In this document: piece by piece, positions 29,044-38,081 of the stretch
Layout: the number at the start of each line of letters is the position of its first letter
Position numbering within the stretch: position 1 is the first letter of the stretch
Assembly (NCBI GenBank): GCA_051715425.1
Contig: JBPXJS010000011.1
Location: 132,215-196,214, forward strand
Direction of reading: 5' to 3'
From: Bacteroidota bacterium
GTDB taxonomy: Bacteria; Bacteroidota; Bacteroidia; UKL13-3
DNA length: 64,000 bases
Notes under the pieces: generated by a model
Told to the model about the DNA's origin: nothing
What the model saw: only the letters and a program-made list of their open reading frames with translations
Databases searched by the model: none
Made by a program: the position numbers and the translations under genes

Positions 29044-29335
29044 AATATCCTCCTTGTAGTTTTAAAGTTAAACTTTGGTCGTCTGCCGTTCCTGGCAAGT
29101 CAATACCAAATTTGAAAGAAGCGTTGTCAATTCCAACGACCCTAATTTTTAAGCGAACTTGTGCATCAGGAATTTTTCCTGTCCAAGTTCTTTTCTTTGT
29201 TCCGTCTGATTGAATTACCTTAACTCCATTTACAAATGCATAAAACATAGTCAGACTACCAGTAACTGGTTCAAGTGTCAATGTAAAGTCTCTTGTAGCT
29301 TCCATTGAGAGTGTAACATTTTTTTTCTTCGCCAT
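29021..29335 (-). CDS. hypothetical protein
   Basis: 104 aa. 23-bp overlap with the downstream OM protein gene. Confidence 0.45.
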   Translation of the reverse strand: MAKKKNVTLSMEATRDFTLTLEPVTGSLTMFYAFVNGVKVIQSDGTKKRTWTGKIPDAQVRLKIRVVGIDNASFKFGIDLPGTADDQSLTLKLQGGYYETEISL

Positions 29336-29409
29336 TTTATTATTTGTTTAAATAGTTTTTATGAGGTTTGATAGCATAGCAGCTAACGGTTTGCAACTAC
29401 AAGAAGTTG

Positions 29410-29530
29410 GTGATTCCGGAGCACAAAACTGTCTACCAGCACCAAGCTTGTTACGAAGTACAATACTTCATTTAACCACTGACCCGTGAATTTCTTGTAG
29501 GTGCTTTTAGCTGTAGTGCTTCTTCTCATT
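29410..29530. repeat. repeat B copy
   Basis: ggtgattccggagcacaaaactgtctaccag...ttacGAAGTAcaaTACTTCatttaaccactgacccgtg...agctgtagtgcttcttctc. Confidence 0.8.
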
Positions 29531-29541
29531 GTCGACTAAGT

Positions 29542-29781
29542 TTAGTTTTTAGCAAGAGTAACCTTTACTTTGTCAATAATGGTTTGCTTTTTGTCGCCAG
29601 CCGATATTCTTTTTACCATTACTATAAAACTGTCAACTTCTGTTTGGAACTTTTCTGCTGAAACACTAACTCGCTTTAAGATGGCATCTCTGTTAGTATT
29701 AGTCCAAGGCATTTGAGATTGAAGTTCCCAAATGTCGTCTGTGGCAAGCTCTTTAGAATTGTTGTTGTAACCCAAAGCCAT
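29542..29781 (-). CDS. hypothetical protein (possibly a 3' fragment of an interrupted gene)
   Basis: 79 aa. An upstream in-frame 18-codon ORF (ATG 29928) ends at a TAG and the frame then continues into this ORF. Confidence 0.35.
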   Translation of the reverse strand: MALGYNNNSKELATDDIWELQSQMPWTNTNRDAILKRVSVSAEKFQTEVDSFIVMVKRISAGDKKQTIIDKVKVTLAKN

Positions 29782-29929
29782 AATGTCGCTAAGAAAACTA
29801 TCAATAGCCTCAAACTTTGCAACACCTCTTTCCTTAATATCTGTGTCGTTAAGTTTTGATGAAATGCTGTCCTAAATTAACTCTTTAACAGTAGTTTCAA
29901 CTTCTTGTCTTTCTTGTTGTGAAATCATT

Positions 29930-30544
29930 TTATCTTATTTTTCGTTTGTGATTAGTTCCTGTCAACTTGCTTAATTTTGATATGGATGTTTCCAAATGCT
30001 TTTTTAGGATTCTTTTTAGTTCTTTTATTTCTTCAATGTCATTCACATTATTAAGTGATATTATTTCATCAAAATTTATTCCGTGTCTATATGTCCTCGC
30101 TGAAATTGGACCTTGTATTAAAAAGAGGAATTGACAATATGGAAAAATGGTTTTTATCATTTCTGCTTTTTGAGAATAGGTCAGAATTTCATGTGTGTTA
30201 GGCTGTCCTTTTTTAACTTCAAGTATTACAAATGGAAGTCCAACATGGTGTGAATTTTGTCCACTATCTTTTTCGAGTATTACATCAATAATTGTGTGTT
30301 CTTCTTTAGAAATTCGGCTGTCTTTTTGCTTTACTGTTTTGTCAAATAGAACTTTATAAATAGTAATATCTTGTTTGAAACACCATAATTCAAGTTTTGT
30401 GTTATTGTCTGTCGGGATATAGATGTGTTTGTAGGGAACCGGAACCTCCGTGCCAATTTGATACGGAAATTTTACAACGTCTTTAAGTTGCTCAATTAGT
30501 CTATCTCTAAGTTCTGTTTCTGTCAAATGTTGTGTTGTCGTCAT
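29930..30544 (-). CDS. hypothetical protein with PD-(D/E)xK-like motif
   Basis: 204 aa. ...HHVGLPFVILEVKKGQ... resembles a restriction-endonuclease-fold E-x-K motif. Confidence 0.45.
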   Translation of the reverse strand: MTTTQHLTETELRDRLIEQLKDVVKFPYQIGTEVPVPYKHIYIPTDNNTKLELWCFKQDITIYKVLFDKTVKQKDSRISKEEHTIIDVILEKDSGQNSHHVGLPFVILEVKKGQPNTHEILTYSQKAEMIKTIFPYCQFLFLIQGPISARTYRHGINFDEIISLNNVNDIEEIKELKRILKKHLETSISKLSKLTGTNHKRKIR

Positions 30545-30734
30545 ACGTTATTTTTAGCAATATTGATTTTATTTTGCACCGTCACCATAGCATTACAGCC
30601 AACTCATAAATATAAGCAACACATAATTTTGTATCTTTACATATTCACTAAGTTACCTATTGTACTTTTTAATATTTATTTCTCTTCATAAATTGAACAA
30701 ACCTTTATAACCGTTTCTGACAATTCATACCTGT

Positions 30735-30895
30735 TTGCAAACACAATACAAACCTCCCCAACCCTCCCATCAAAATCAAGAGTGAAAACACTCTTTTTTC
30801 ATAGGGAAAACATTCTTTTTTTTTACAGAGCCTAACAAGCGTTTGATGGCTGTAAGCATTGATTTTATTAGAAAGCAGGGCAAAATGGGAGCAAA
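30735..30895. repeat. repeat A copy 3 (truncated)
   Basis: The first ~160 bp match the other copies (caaacctccccaaccctcccatcaaaatcaagagtgaaaacactc...) and then diverge. Confidence 0.8.
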
Positions 30896-30977
30896 CGATG
30901 AATAGACATTCTTAAATGGTATAATTTATTACCACCCCATAACTGGTTTTTAGTGCTCAGTGCTTGGTGCACGGTGG

Positions 30978-31071
30978 GAATGGAATGTTGAATGCTGAAT
31001 TTTGAATGTTAAATTTTAAATGTTAAGTTAGGATATTGCGCTTCCCGGAATTTTATTGGTTTGGAAGTTTA
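30978..31071. repeat. single inverted 'F' unit (right island boundary)
   Basis: Reverse complement of the 11181–11608 unit (…gaatgttgaatgctgaattttgaatgttaaattttaaatgttaagttaggatattgcgcttcccggaattttattggtttggaagtt). Confidence 0.85.
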
Positions 31072-31099
31072 TTTTCATAGTTCTACTTCATTCTACCTG

Positions 31100-31560
31100 C
31101 GCCTCAACCTTTGCGTCTTATGCGTCTCTGCGAGAGTCATTGCCTGTTCCGCAACGCAAGAGTCAAGGCTCGCTTGTCCATTGCAGGCGTTAATATCTTA
31201 AACAAAATTCGTGAATACAATTTGTGGAAATTTCATGCCTTCGGCTTGACAGGCGCGGCTTGGTTTGGTCATTGGTCATTGCCTGTCTCGCTATTGCGGG
31301 AGTCATTAGTCAATGCCTGCTTTGCTATTGCTGGAATCATTTTAAAATAAATCTGTGGCTAACCCGCGCAAGTCTTCTCAAAAAATCATCTGTGGAATCT
31401 CATGCCTTCGGCTTGACGCGTGTGGCTTGATTTGGTCATTTGTCAATGGGCATTGGTCATTGGACAATGGTTAATGATTAGTTTTTCTCGCAAGTCTTCT
31501 CAATAAATAAATTCGTGTTCATTTCATGCCTGCGGCTTGACAGGCGTGGCTTATTAGTGG
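31100..31560. repeat. cluster of inverted 'E' repeat units (right island boundary)
   Basis: Three units of gcaagtcttctcaa...aattcgtg...atttcatgcct(g/t)cggcttgacaggcg(t/c)ggc. 31140–31270 is a near-exact reverse complement of 10620–10750. Confidence 0.85.
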
Positions 31561-31596
31561 GTATTACCTAAGCACTGTGCACCACGCACTAAGCAC

Positions 31597-32142
31597 TCAT
31601 TTAACAGTAGTGGAGTCTTTCTTTTTGAAGTCGAGGGAGAGGGAGTTTACGCAGTAGCGGAGTCCGGTTTTATCTTGTGGGCCATCGTTGAATACGTGTC
31701 CGAGGTGGCCTCCGCATTTGGTGCATGTAATTTCTATGCGGGTCATGCCGTGGCTGTTGTCCATTTTTTCGGTGATTTTGGTTTTATCCAGGGCTTCATA
31801 AAAACTGGGCCATCCACATCCTGCATCAAACTTGGTGGCCGATTGAAACAACTCATTACCACAGCCTGCACAGGTATAAACACCCGGTTCCCAGTGGTCT
31901 TCAAACTTACCGGTAAAGGGACGTTCTGTTCCTTTCTCGCGTAATACGGCATATTGTTCTGGTGTGAGTTGTTTTTTCCAGTCGTCTTCGCTTTTTACTA
32001 TTTCAAATTCAGCCATGGTATCAGTTTTTAATGAGTTTGGTGTTTTTGCTGTTTCCGCTGGCTGATTTGATTTGCAGCCAGTATAAGCCAGGGTGCAGAT
32101 GCCCAAGGCCAGTAATAATAATTTCGTTTTTAGTTGTTTCAT
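31597..32142 (-). CDS. msrB: peptide-methionine (R)-S-oxide reductase MsrB
   Basis: Two CxxC zinc motifs, the catalytic Cys and the GTERPF/HLGHVF signatures. The ORF-track start encodes a lipoprotein-like signal peptide but overlaps the upstream gene by 122 bp. The alternative ATG at 32016 (MAEFEIV...) would give a cytoplasmic form. Confidence 0.85.
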   Translation of the reverse strand: MKQLKTKLLLLALGICTLAYTGCKSNQPAETAKTPNSLKTDTMAEFEIVKSEDDWKKQLTPEQYAVLREKGTERPFTGKFEDHWEPGVYTCAGCGNELFQSATKFDAGCGWPSFYEALDKTKITEKMDNSHGMTRIEITCTKCGGHLGHVFNDGPQDKTGLRYCVNSLSLDFKKKDSTTVK

Positions 32143-34120
32143 ATTCGTATTGTTTTAGCAACACTTTTCCGCTCATATCATAAAGGGTAATCTCCAGCGG
32201 TTGGGTTTGTGTGCTGAAAGATATACGCAGGTTATTGCTAAACGGATTTGGGGAAAGCTGAAAAATGTCTTCAGGCAAATGTCCAATGCCGGTATTGGTG
32301 CTAATGGTTTCTGTATCGCTGAAACTAAAAGCCCCGTCAACATCCAACTGTTTAATGCGGTAATATAAAGTGCCTGAAAGGTTGGGATTGTTTTTTAATG
32401 TATCATCCGAAAACACATACTGCTTAGGGGTATTGCTGTTTCCTGCACCGGCTACTTCACCAACTTTTTCAAAGTTCAGTTGGTTTACGCTGCGTTCAAT
32501 ATCAAAATGGTGGTTGTTTAATTCGCTTGCAGTTTGCCATTGTAAGGTGATCTGCTTATCCAATTCTTTGGTGGCCGTAAACCCCATCCACTCCACAGGC
32601 AGGGTAGAAGAGTTGCTGCTTAAGGCTCCGGTGGTTTGATAATTGGAGGTAGAGTACCATCCGTTGTATTCATAAACAGTGATGGTATAATTTACACCCA
32701 TGGTAAGTCCGGTAACAGTTACCGTGCTTCCGGAACCATTGTAGATCACGTAATTTCCTGCTCCTGTTTGAGAGCCGCTGCCAAAAACGGTATTGGCAAT
32801 ATAACGTGTACTGTCGGCAGGAGGAACTGCGGTGGTAGTGGATGCCCTCATTACCACCAATCTGTTGGAACCATTGCCACTTGCCCAGTTGATTTGCATA
32901 GAGGTATTGGTTTTATTGCTAAAGCTTAATGAAATGGCGCTTACAGTTGGTTCGGCAGGAATTGCTCCTCCCCATATTTTTTTAACAAACTGAGGGCTGT
33001 CAATAAAAGGGTTTCTGTTGTTTTGCAAAGCATAAATGGCATTGTTTCGTTTAATCTCTTTATCGCTTACCGGATCAAGATTATGCCAGGTGATAAGCAG
33101 GTTTAAAAACCATGCATCGTAAGCCGGAAAGGTGGTGCCATCAAGTACATTATCAGCAGTGGCATTGGGTTGCCAGGAAGCAATTACATTATCGTATCGG
33201 GTAGCCATATATAACTGTGCCCTTGCCACATCGCCTTTATATTCATCAACCGGTTCAAATACGGTTCCTGTATATGATCCGCTGGTATTAGGTCCGCGTT
33301 TGCCACCAATGGAAGAAGTCCAGTTGGGAGTGGAAACAGTGCCATACGGTAAATCCCCTCTCTGGCCATTTACATATTTATCTGTAGCAAAAACATGGTG
33401 CATATCGGAAACCATAGGTGAGCTGGATCCGAACCAGCTTTGAGGAAAAGAATGTTCGCGGTTGTATTTCTGGCCTTCGGAAGAGCCACCGGAACCATTG
33501 TCCTGATCGGTAACCAAGGTAAACTCGTAAGGCGATGCTGTTTCAAAACGGGTGGAATAGATATCCCATACTTTTCCGTTTGGTTGAATATCGGTGGTGG
33601 CAAATGCATTCCATACACCGGGCGTATAACCCTGTGCTGAATGTCCGGTAATTTTATTGTACAAGGCTGTTTTTAAACTTGCGCCTGTTCCTGTTGCCGT
33701 GTTATAATAATTAGATGGGGAGGTGGGAATGGCCCAGTTTATTCCCGTGCCGCTTACGGCTATGTTTTGTGAAGTTGATCCTGTGCTGCTGTTTACCACA
33801 TTGCTGCTAAAGCTGCCGGTGGCCGATGGACTGAAACGGATATAAACCGTGGTGGTGGTAATATTACCGGAAACAGGAACAAGGGTAACAGATGAAGAAT
33901 AACGTTGTTTGTATTCAAGAGAAACTTCAAATCCGTTTGGTGCGGTAATCAACAGGTTGGCTGTAAGTGCTGTGGCAGAAACAGTATAACGTTGTGCCGT
34001 AGAGCTATGAAAAGGATAGCAGTTGCCAAACGAAGATATACTGCCTGAACCGATGGTAATGGTTCCACCAATACAGGTATGGGAGATGGCTGATAAAAGG
34101 AGTAATATGATAATACGCAT
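32021..34120 (-). CDS. secreted endonuclease I-family nuclease with T9SS C-terminal sorting domain
   Basis: Signal peptide. Endonuclease_1 signature (KYNREHSFPQSWF...DMHHVFATD). Ig/Fn3-like region and a C-terminal Por-secretion tail (...LYWLQIKSASGNSKNTKLIKN). Confidence 0.7.
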   Translation of the reverse strand: MRIIILLLLSAISHTCIGGTITIGSGSISSFGNCYPFHSSTAQRYTVSATALTANLLITAPNGFEVSLEYKQRYSSSVTLVPVSGNITTTTVYIRFSPSATGSFSSNVVNSSTGSTSQNIAVSGTGINWAIPTSPSNYYNTATGTGASLKTALYNKITGHSAQGYTPGVWNAFATTDIQPNGKVWDIYSTRFETASPYEFTLVTDQDNGSGGSSEGQKYNREHSFPQSWFGSSSPMVSDMHHVFATDKYVNGQRGDLPYGTVSTPNWTSSIGGKRGPNTSGSYTGTVFEPVDEYKGDVARAQLYMATRYDNVIASWQPNATADNVLDGTTFPAYDAWFLNLLITWHNLDPVSDKEIKRNNAIYALQNNRNPFIDSPQFVKKIWGGAIPAEPTVSAISLSFSNKTNTSMQINWASGNGSNRLVVMRASTTTAVPPADSTRYIANTVFGSGSQTGAGNYVIYNGSGSTVTVTGLTMGVNYTITVYEYNGWYSTSNYQTTGALSSNSSTLPVEWMGFTATKELDKQITLQWQTASELNNHHFDIERSVNQLNFEKVGEVAGAGNSNTPKQYVFSDDTLKNNPNLSGTLYYRIKQLDVDGAFSFSDTETISTNTGIGHLPEDIFQLSPNPFSNNLRISFSTQTQPLEITLYDMSGKVLLKQYEYETTKNEIIITGLGHLHPGLYWLQIKSASGNSKNTKLIKN

Positions 34121-34153
34121 ATAAACAAAAGTAGGGGTTTAATATGAACTTAA

Positions 34154-35731
34154 TTATTTAGACCATTGGTGCTGAGAAAGGCTGATTTTTTCTGCGCAGC
34201 GCTCCCCGTCAATAGCAGCACTGATAATACCTCCCGCATAACCAGCGCCTTCCCCACATGGGTACAGTCCTTTGATCTGTGTATGTTGAAGGGTTTCTTT
34301 ATCACGCGGTATTCTCACAGGGGAGGAGGTACGCGATTCTGTTGCCACCATTACGGCATCATTGCTTACATAACCTTGCAATTTTTTGCCAAATACGGTA
34401 AGTGCATCTCTCAGGGAGTTGCTTACAAACGGAGGCAGCACTTCATACAAATCGTGGCTTTGAATACCCGGAATATAAGAGCAATCGGGCAACATGGCCG
34501 ATTCTTTTTTATTTACAAAATCGAGTACCCGCTGTGCAGGAGCTTTGAGTGAGTTTGTTTTTTGAAAAGCCGTTTGCTCTACCTGCGCCTGAAAAAACAT
34601 GCCGGCCAGTGCACCATATTTTTCGTAAGGTTTAAAGTCGGCAAGCTCAATGGAAACCACCAGTCCGGAGTTTGCAAAGGCATTGTTTCTTTTGCTGGGA
34701 CTCCAGCCGTTTACCACAATTTCTCCCGGTGCTGTAGCTGCAGGTGCAATAATTCCACCCGGGCACATACAAAAAGAAAATACTCCTCTGCCCAATGATT
34801 GATTAACCACCGAGTAGGAAGCAGGAGGTAAAAACTCCCCTCTGCTATCGCATTTGTATTGAATGGAATCGATCAGTTCCTGTGGATGTTCAATGCGCAC
34901 ACCAAGGGCAAATGGTTTGGCTTCAATTAAAATGCCTTTGCGGTGCAGGAGTTCAAATATATCGCGGGCAGAGTGTCCGGTGGCAAGTATAAGGGCCGAA
35001 GTGTTGATGGTGTTTTCAGCAGGACTCAATGTGTTTCCTGTAGTTACTTTTACACCTTTTACCTCCCCGTTTTCAATAATGATATCGGTAAGTTTTGTAT
35101 TAAAATGAACCTCACCACCGCAATCAATAATGGTTTGTCTGATATTGGTGATAATGCCCGGTAACTTATTGGTACCAATATGCGGATGAGCCTCGTAAAG
35201 AATTTGATCCTGGGCCCCATGTTTTACCAGCAGTTTTAATATACGTCCCACATCTCCTCTTTTGGTGGAGCGGGTATATAATTTACCATCGCTGTATGTG
35301 CCGGCACCACCTTCACCAAAACAATAGTTCGACTCCGGATTTACGGTATTGTGTCTGGTAATAAGAGCCAGATCGCGCCTGCGTTCTTTTACATCTTTTC
35401 CCCGCTCAATAATCACGGGTTTAATTCCTTTTTCAATGAGTTTAAGTGCGGCAAATAAACCGGCCGGACCCGCACCCACCACTATAGCATGCGGAGCCTG
35501 ATGCACATCTTTGAAATCAAAGTCAAAACTGTTTTCAGCAGGAGTTTCATCCATATAAATTTCCAGTTGCAGGTTATATCGGATGGGTTTTCGTCTGGCA
35601 TCAAGGGATTTGCGCAGAATCTGTACACCGGAAAGTTTGCCCTGGCCCAGTTGGCGTTCTGTGTAAAACTTTACCAGTTCGGCAGTGGCGCACTGCTCTG
35701 GCAGCAGGCTTATTTCAATGAGTTTATGCAT
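34154..35731 (-). CDS. NAD(FAD)-utilizing dehydrogenase family protein (COG2509-like)
   Basis: 525 aa with an FAD Rossmann motif (VVGAGPAGLFAALKL) and a conserved C-terminal GEGAGYAGGI. Confidence 0.75.
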   Translation of the reverse strand: MHKLIEISLLPEQCATAELVKFYTERQLGQGKLSGVQILRKSLDARRKPIRYNLQLEIYMDETPAENSFDFDFKDVHQAPHAIVVGAGPAGLFAALKLIEKGIKPVIIERGKDVKERRRDLALITRHNTVNPESNYCFGEGGAGTYSDGKLYTRSTKRGDVGRILKLLVKHGAQDQILYEAHPHIGTNKLPGIITNIRQTIIDCGGEVHFNTKLTDIIIENGEVKGVKVTTGNTLSPAENTINTSALILATGHSARDIFELLHRKGILIEAKPFALGVRIEHPQELIDSIQYKCDSRGEFLPPASYSVVNQSLGRGVFSFCMCPGGIIAPAATAPGEIVVNGWSPSKRNNAFANSGLVVSIELADFKPYEKYGALAGMFFQAQVEQTAFQKTNSLKAPAQRVLDFVNKKESAMLPDCSYIPGIQSHDLYEVLPPFVSNSLRDALTVFGKKLQGYVSNDAVMVATESRTSSPVRIPRDKETLQHTQIKGLYPCGEGAGYAGGIISAAIDGERCAEKISLSQHQWSK

Positions 35732-35832
35732 GGTTAGGTACTTATCCTAAAATTGTGGGAAACAAAAGTCTTAAAAATTTGGCTCATTTTTTACTTTTGA
35801 CCATCATTCTACTACAATAATTTTATTCCAAC

Positions 35833-36681
35833 ATGCCTGATATCAATAAATTAAATCAGCTTTCTTCACAAATCCGCAGAGACATTTTACGCATGGTACA
35901 CGGCTGCAAGTCAGGCCATCCGGGAGGTTCCCTGGGTTGTGCTGATTTTTTTGCCGCCCTCTTTTTTGAGGTAATGGATCACAATCCCGCGTTTCATATG
36001 GATGCCAAAGGAGAGGATTTATTTTTCCTTTCAAACGGACATATTTCACCGGTTTATTACAGCACCCTTGCCCGTGCAGGGTATTTTCCGGTAGAAGAGT
36101 TAAAAACATTCCGCAGGCTAAACTCCCGCCTGCAGGGGCACCCGGCCACGCATGAGCATTTGCCAGGTATCCGTATTGCCACCGGATCGCTTGGGCAGGG
36201 ATTATCGGTTGCTGTAGGTGCGGCTTTGGCCAAAAAGATGAATAAAGACAGCAAGATGGTTTATGCATTGATGGGTGATGGGGAGATACAGGAAGGACAA
36301 TGCTGGGAGGCGCTGATGTTTGCTTCGCATCATAAAGTAGATAACCTTATCGTTACCATAGATAGCAACGGGCAGCAGATTGATGGTTCTACCAGAGAGG
36401 TGGCCGGAATAGGCGGAGATGATATTGAGGCGAAGGTTAGGGCATTTGGCTGGGAAATATTAAAAATGAACGGGCATGATATGCAGGATATACTGGATAC
36501 CATGGCCAAAGCAAAAACACTGGCCGGAAAAGGCAAACCTGTTTTCATTATTATGAAAACGGAAATGGGATATCCGGTTGATTTTATGATGGGATCGCAT
36601 AAATGGCATGGGGTTGCTCCTAATGATGCTGAATTGGAAAAGGCCCTTGCTCAGTTGCCTCAAACACTTGGAGATTATTAA
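35833..36681 (+). CDS. transketolase, N-terminal (TPP-binding) subunit
   Basis: 282 aa with GHPGGSLGCADF and GDGEIQEGQCWEA TPP-binding motifs. Split transketolase architecture. Confidence 0.85.
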   Translation: MPDINKLNQLSSQIRRDILRMVHGCKSGHPGGSLGCADFFAALFFEVMDHNPAFHMDAKGEDLFFLSNGHISPVYYSTLARAGYFPVEELKTFRRLNSRLQGHPATHEHLPGIRIATGSLGQGLSVAVGAALAKKMNKDSKMVYALMGDGEIQEGQCWEALMFASHHKVDNLIVTIDSNGQQIDGSTREVAGIGGDDIEAKVRAFGWEILKMNGHDMQDILDTMAKAKTLAGKGKPVFIIMKTEMGYPVDFMMGSHKWHGVAPNDAELEKALAQLPQTLGDY

Positions 36682-36682
36682 T

Positions 36683-38071
36683 TTGGTATTTCGCACCACA
36701 TATCGCGCTTTCTTTATTTTTTGTTTCTTATTCCTTGTTGCGGGTAAAACCACCTTGTTTGCCCAACAGGAAAAAGTAAAAACAAGAATCCTTTTTTTGT
36801 TTGATGCTTCAGGCAGCATGTATGCGGTAATGGAAAATGATAACCGGATAAGTGTGGCCAGAAGGATTTTAACCAAACTGATGGACAGCCTTGAAAAAGC
36901 CAAAGGGGTAGAGGTGGCGCTAAGGGTGTACGGCCATACCAGCCCTCCGGCAAAAAGAGATTGTAAGGATACCAGGCTTGAGGTGCCGTTTAAGCCAAAG
37001 AACCACGATGAGATTAAGAAAAAAGTAGCATCAATAAGTCCTAAAGGAACCACCTTGATTGCATACTCCATGCAGCAGGCCGCAGGCGATTTTCCAAAAG
37101 AACCGGGCGTGCGCAATGTGGTGGTGTTAATTACCGATGGTATAGAAGAGTGCCAGGGCGATCCTTGTGCGGTATCCGAAGCATTGCAAAGCAGCGGTGT
37201 TATACTGAGGCCATTTATTATTGGTTTAGGTGGAACAGAAGATTTTCGTAAAGCGTTTGAGTGTGTGGGCAGGTATTACAATGCGGCCACAGAAGCGGAT
37301 TTTGATCTGGTATTGAACGTGGTAATCAGTCAGGCCATAAACAATACCACTGCACAGGTTAATTTGCTTGATGTATATAGCAAGCCTACAGAATCGAACG
37401 TGGATATGACATTTTACGATATGCACTCAGGGCAAATGATCTATAATTTTGTGCATACCATTAACGAAAAAGGTGTGCCTGATACGTTGTTGCTTGATCC
37501 GATTTATAAATACCGCATGGTGGTGCACACCATTCCTCCGGTAGAAAAAACAAATATTGAAATTACACCCGGCAAACATACCACCATTGGTGTTGATGCT
37601 CCGCAGGGTTCATTAGTTCTCAAAACCCAGGGACTTACCAATTACGATCGCTTGCATTTTATTGTACGCAAACAAAATGATGGAAAAACATTACACGTGC
37701 AGGATGCCAATACCACAGAAAAATATTTGGTAGGTAAATACGATATAGAAATTCTTTCCCTTCCACGCATACATCAGAAAGGGGTGGAGATTAAACAAAG
37801 TTATACCACCGCCATTGAGATTCCGCAACCCGGAAGATTAACGGTGATGGCCGTTACACAAAACTATTATGCAGATATATACCAGATGAACCGCAATGAG
37901 CTGGTTTGGATATATAAGATACCAACCGAGGTAAGGATGCAAAATATCCTGATGCAACCGGGTAAGTATAAAATCATTTATCGCGCAAAAAATTCATATC
38001 GTTCAGGACAAACATTTGAACGGGAGTTTGAAATAAAATCTGGCGCAACCACCAACTTTAATTTGAATTAA
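36683..38071 (+). CDS. secreted von Willebrand factor type A (vWA) domain protein
   Basis: vWA MIDAS motif (LFLFDASGSM...T..., ITDGIEE). Signal peptide ...TTLFAQQ. Probable TTG start at 36683 directly after the transketolase stop. The ORF track shows an overlapping frame from 36608 with no ATG in the signal-peptide region. Confidence 0.65.
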   Translation: MVFRTTYRAFFIFCFLFLVAGKTTLFAQQEKVKTRILFLFDASGSMYAVMENDNRISVARRILTKLMDSLEKAKGVEVALRVYGHTSPPAKRDCKDTRLEVPFKPKNHDEIKKKVASISPKGTTLIAYSMQQAAGDFPKEPGVRNVVVLITDGIEECQGDPCAVSEALQSSGVILRPFIIGLGGTEDFRKAFECVGRYYNAATEADFDLVLNVVISQAINNTTAQVNLLDVYSKPTESNVDMTFYDMHSGQMIYNFVHTINEKGVPDTLLLDPIYKYRMVVHTIPPVEKTNIEITPGKHTTIGVDAPQGSLVLKTQGLTNYDRLHFIVRKQNDGKTLHVQDANTTEKYLVGKYDIEILSLPRIHQKGVEIKQSYTTAIEIPQPGRLTVMAVTQNYYADIYQMNRNELVWIYKIPTEVRMQNILMQPGKYKIIYRAKNSYRSGQTFEREFEIKSGATTNFNLN

Positions 38072-38081
38072 TTTTATCTCC

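Noticed and set aside
18757-29530. Repeat B as canonical integron attC sites
   Set aside because: The expected R''(RYYYAAC)...R'(GTTRRRY) cores in correct order and spacing could not be found by eye on the cassette (minus) strand. GTTAAAT and ATTTAAC motifs are present but in the wrong relative order. Kept only as a hypothesis to test computationally.
35843-37116. Minus-strand ORFs 35843–36268 and 36460–37116 (141 and 218 aa)
   Set aside because: They are antisense to the well-supported transketolase N-subunit and vWA genes, with low-complexity translations.
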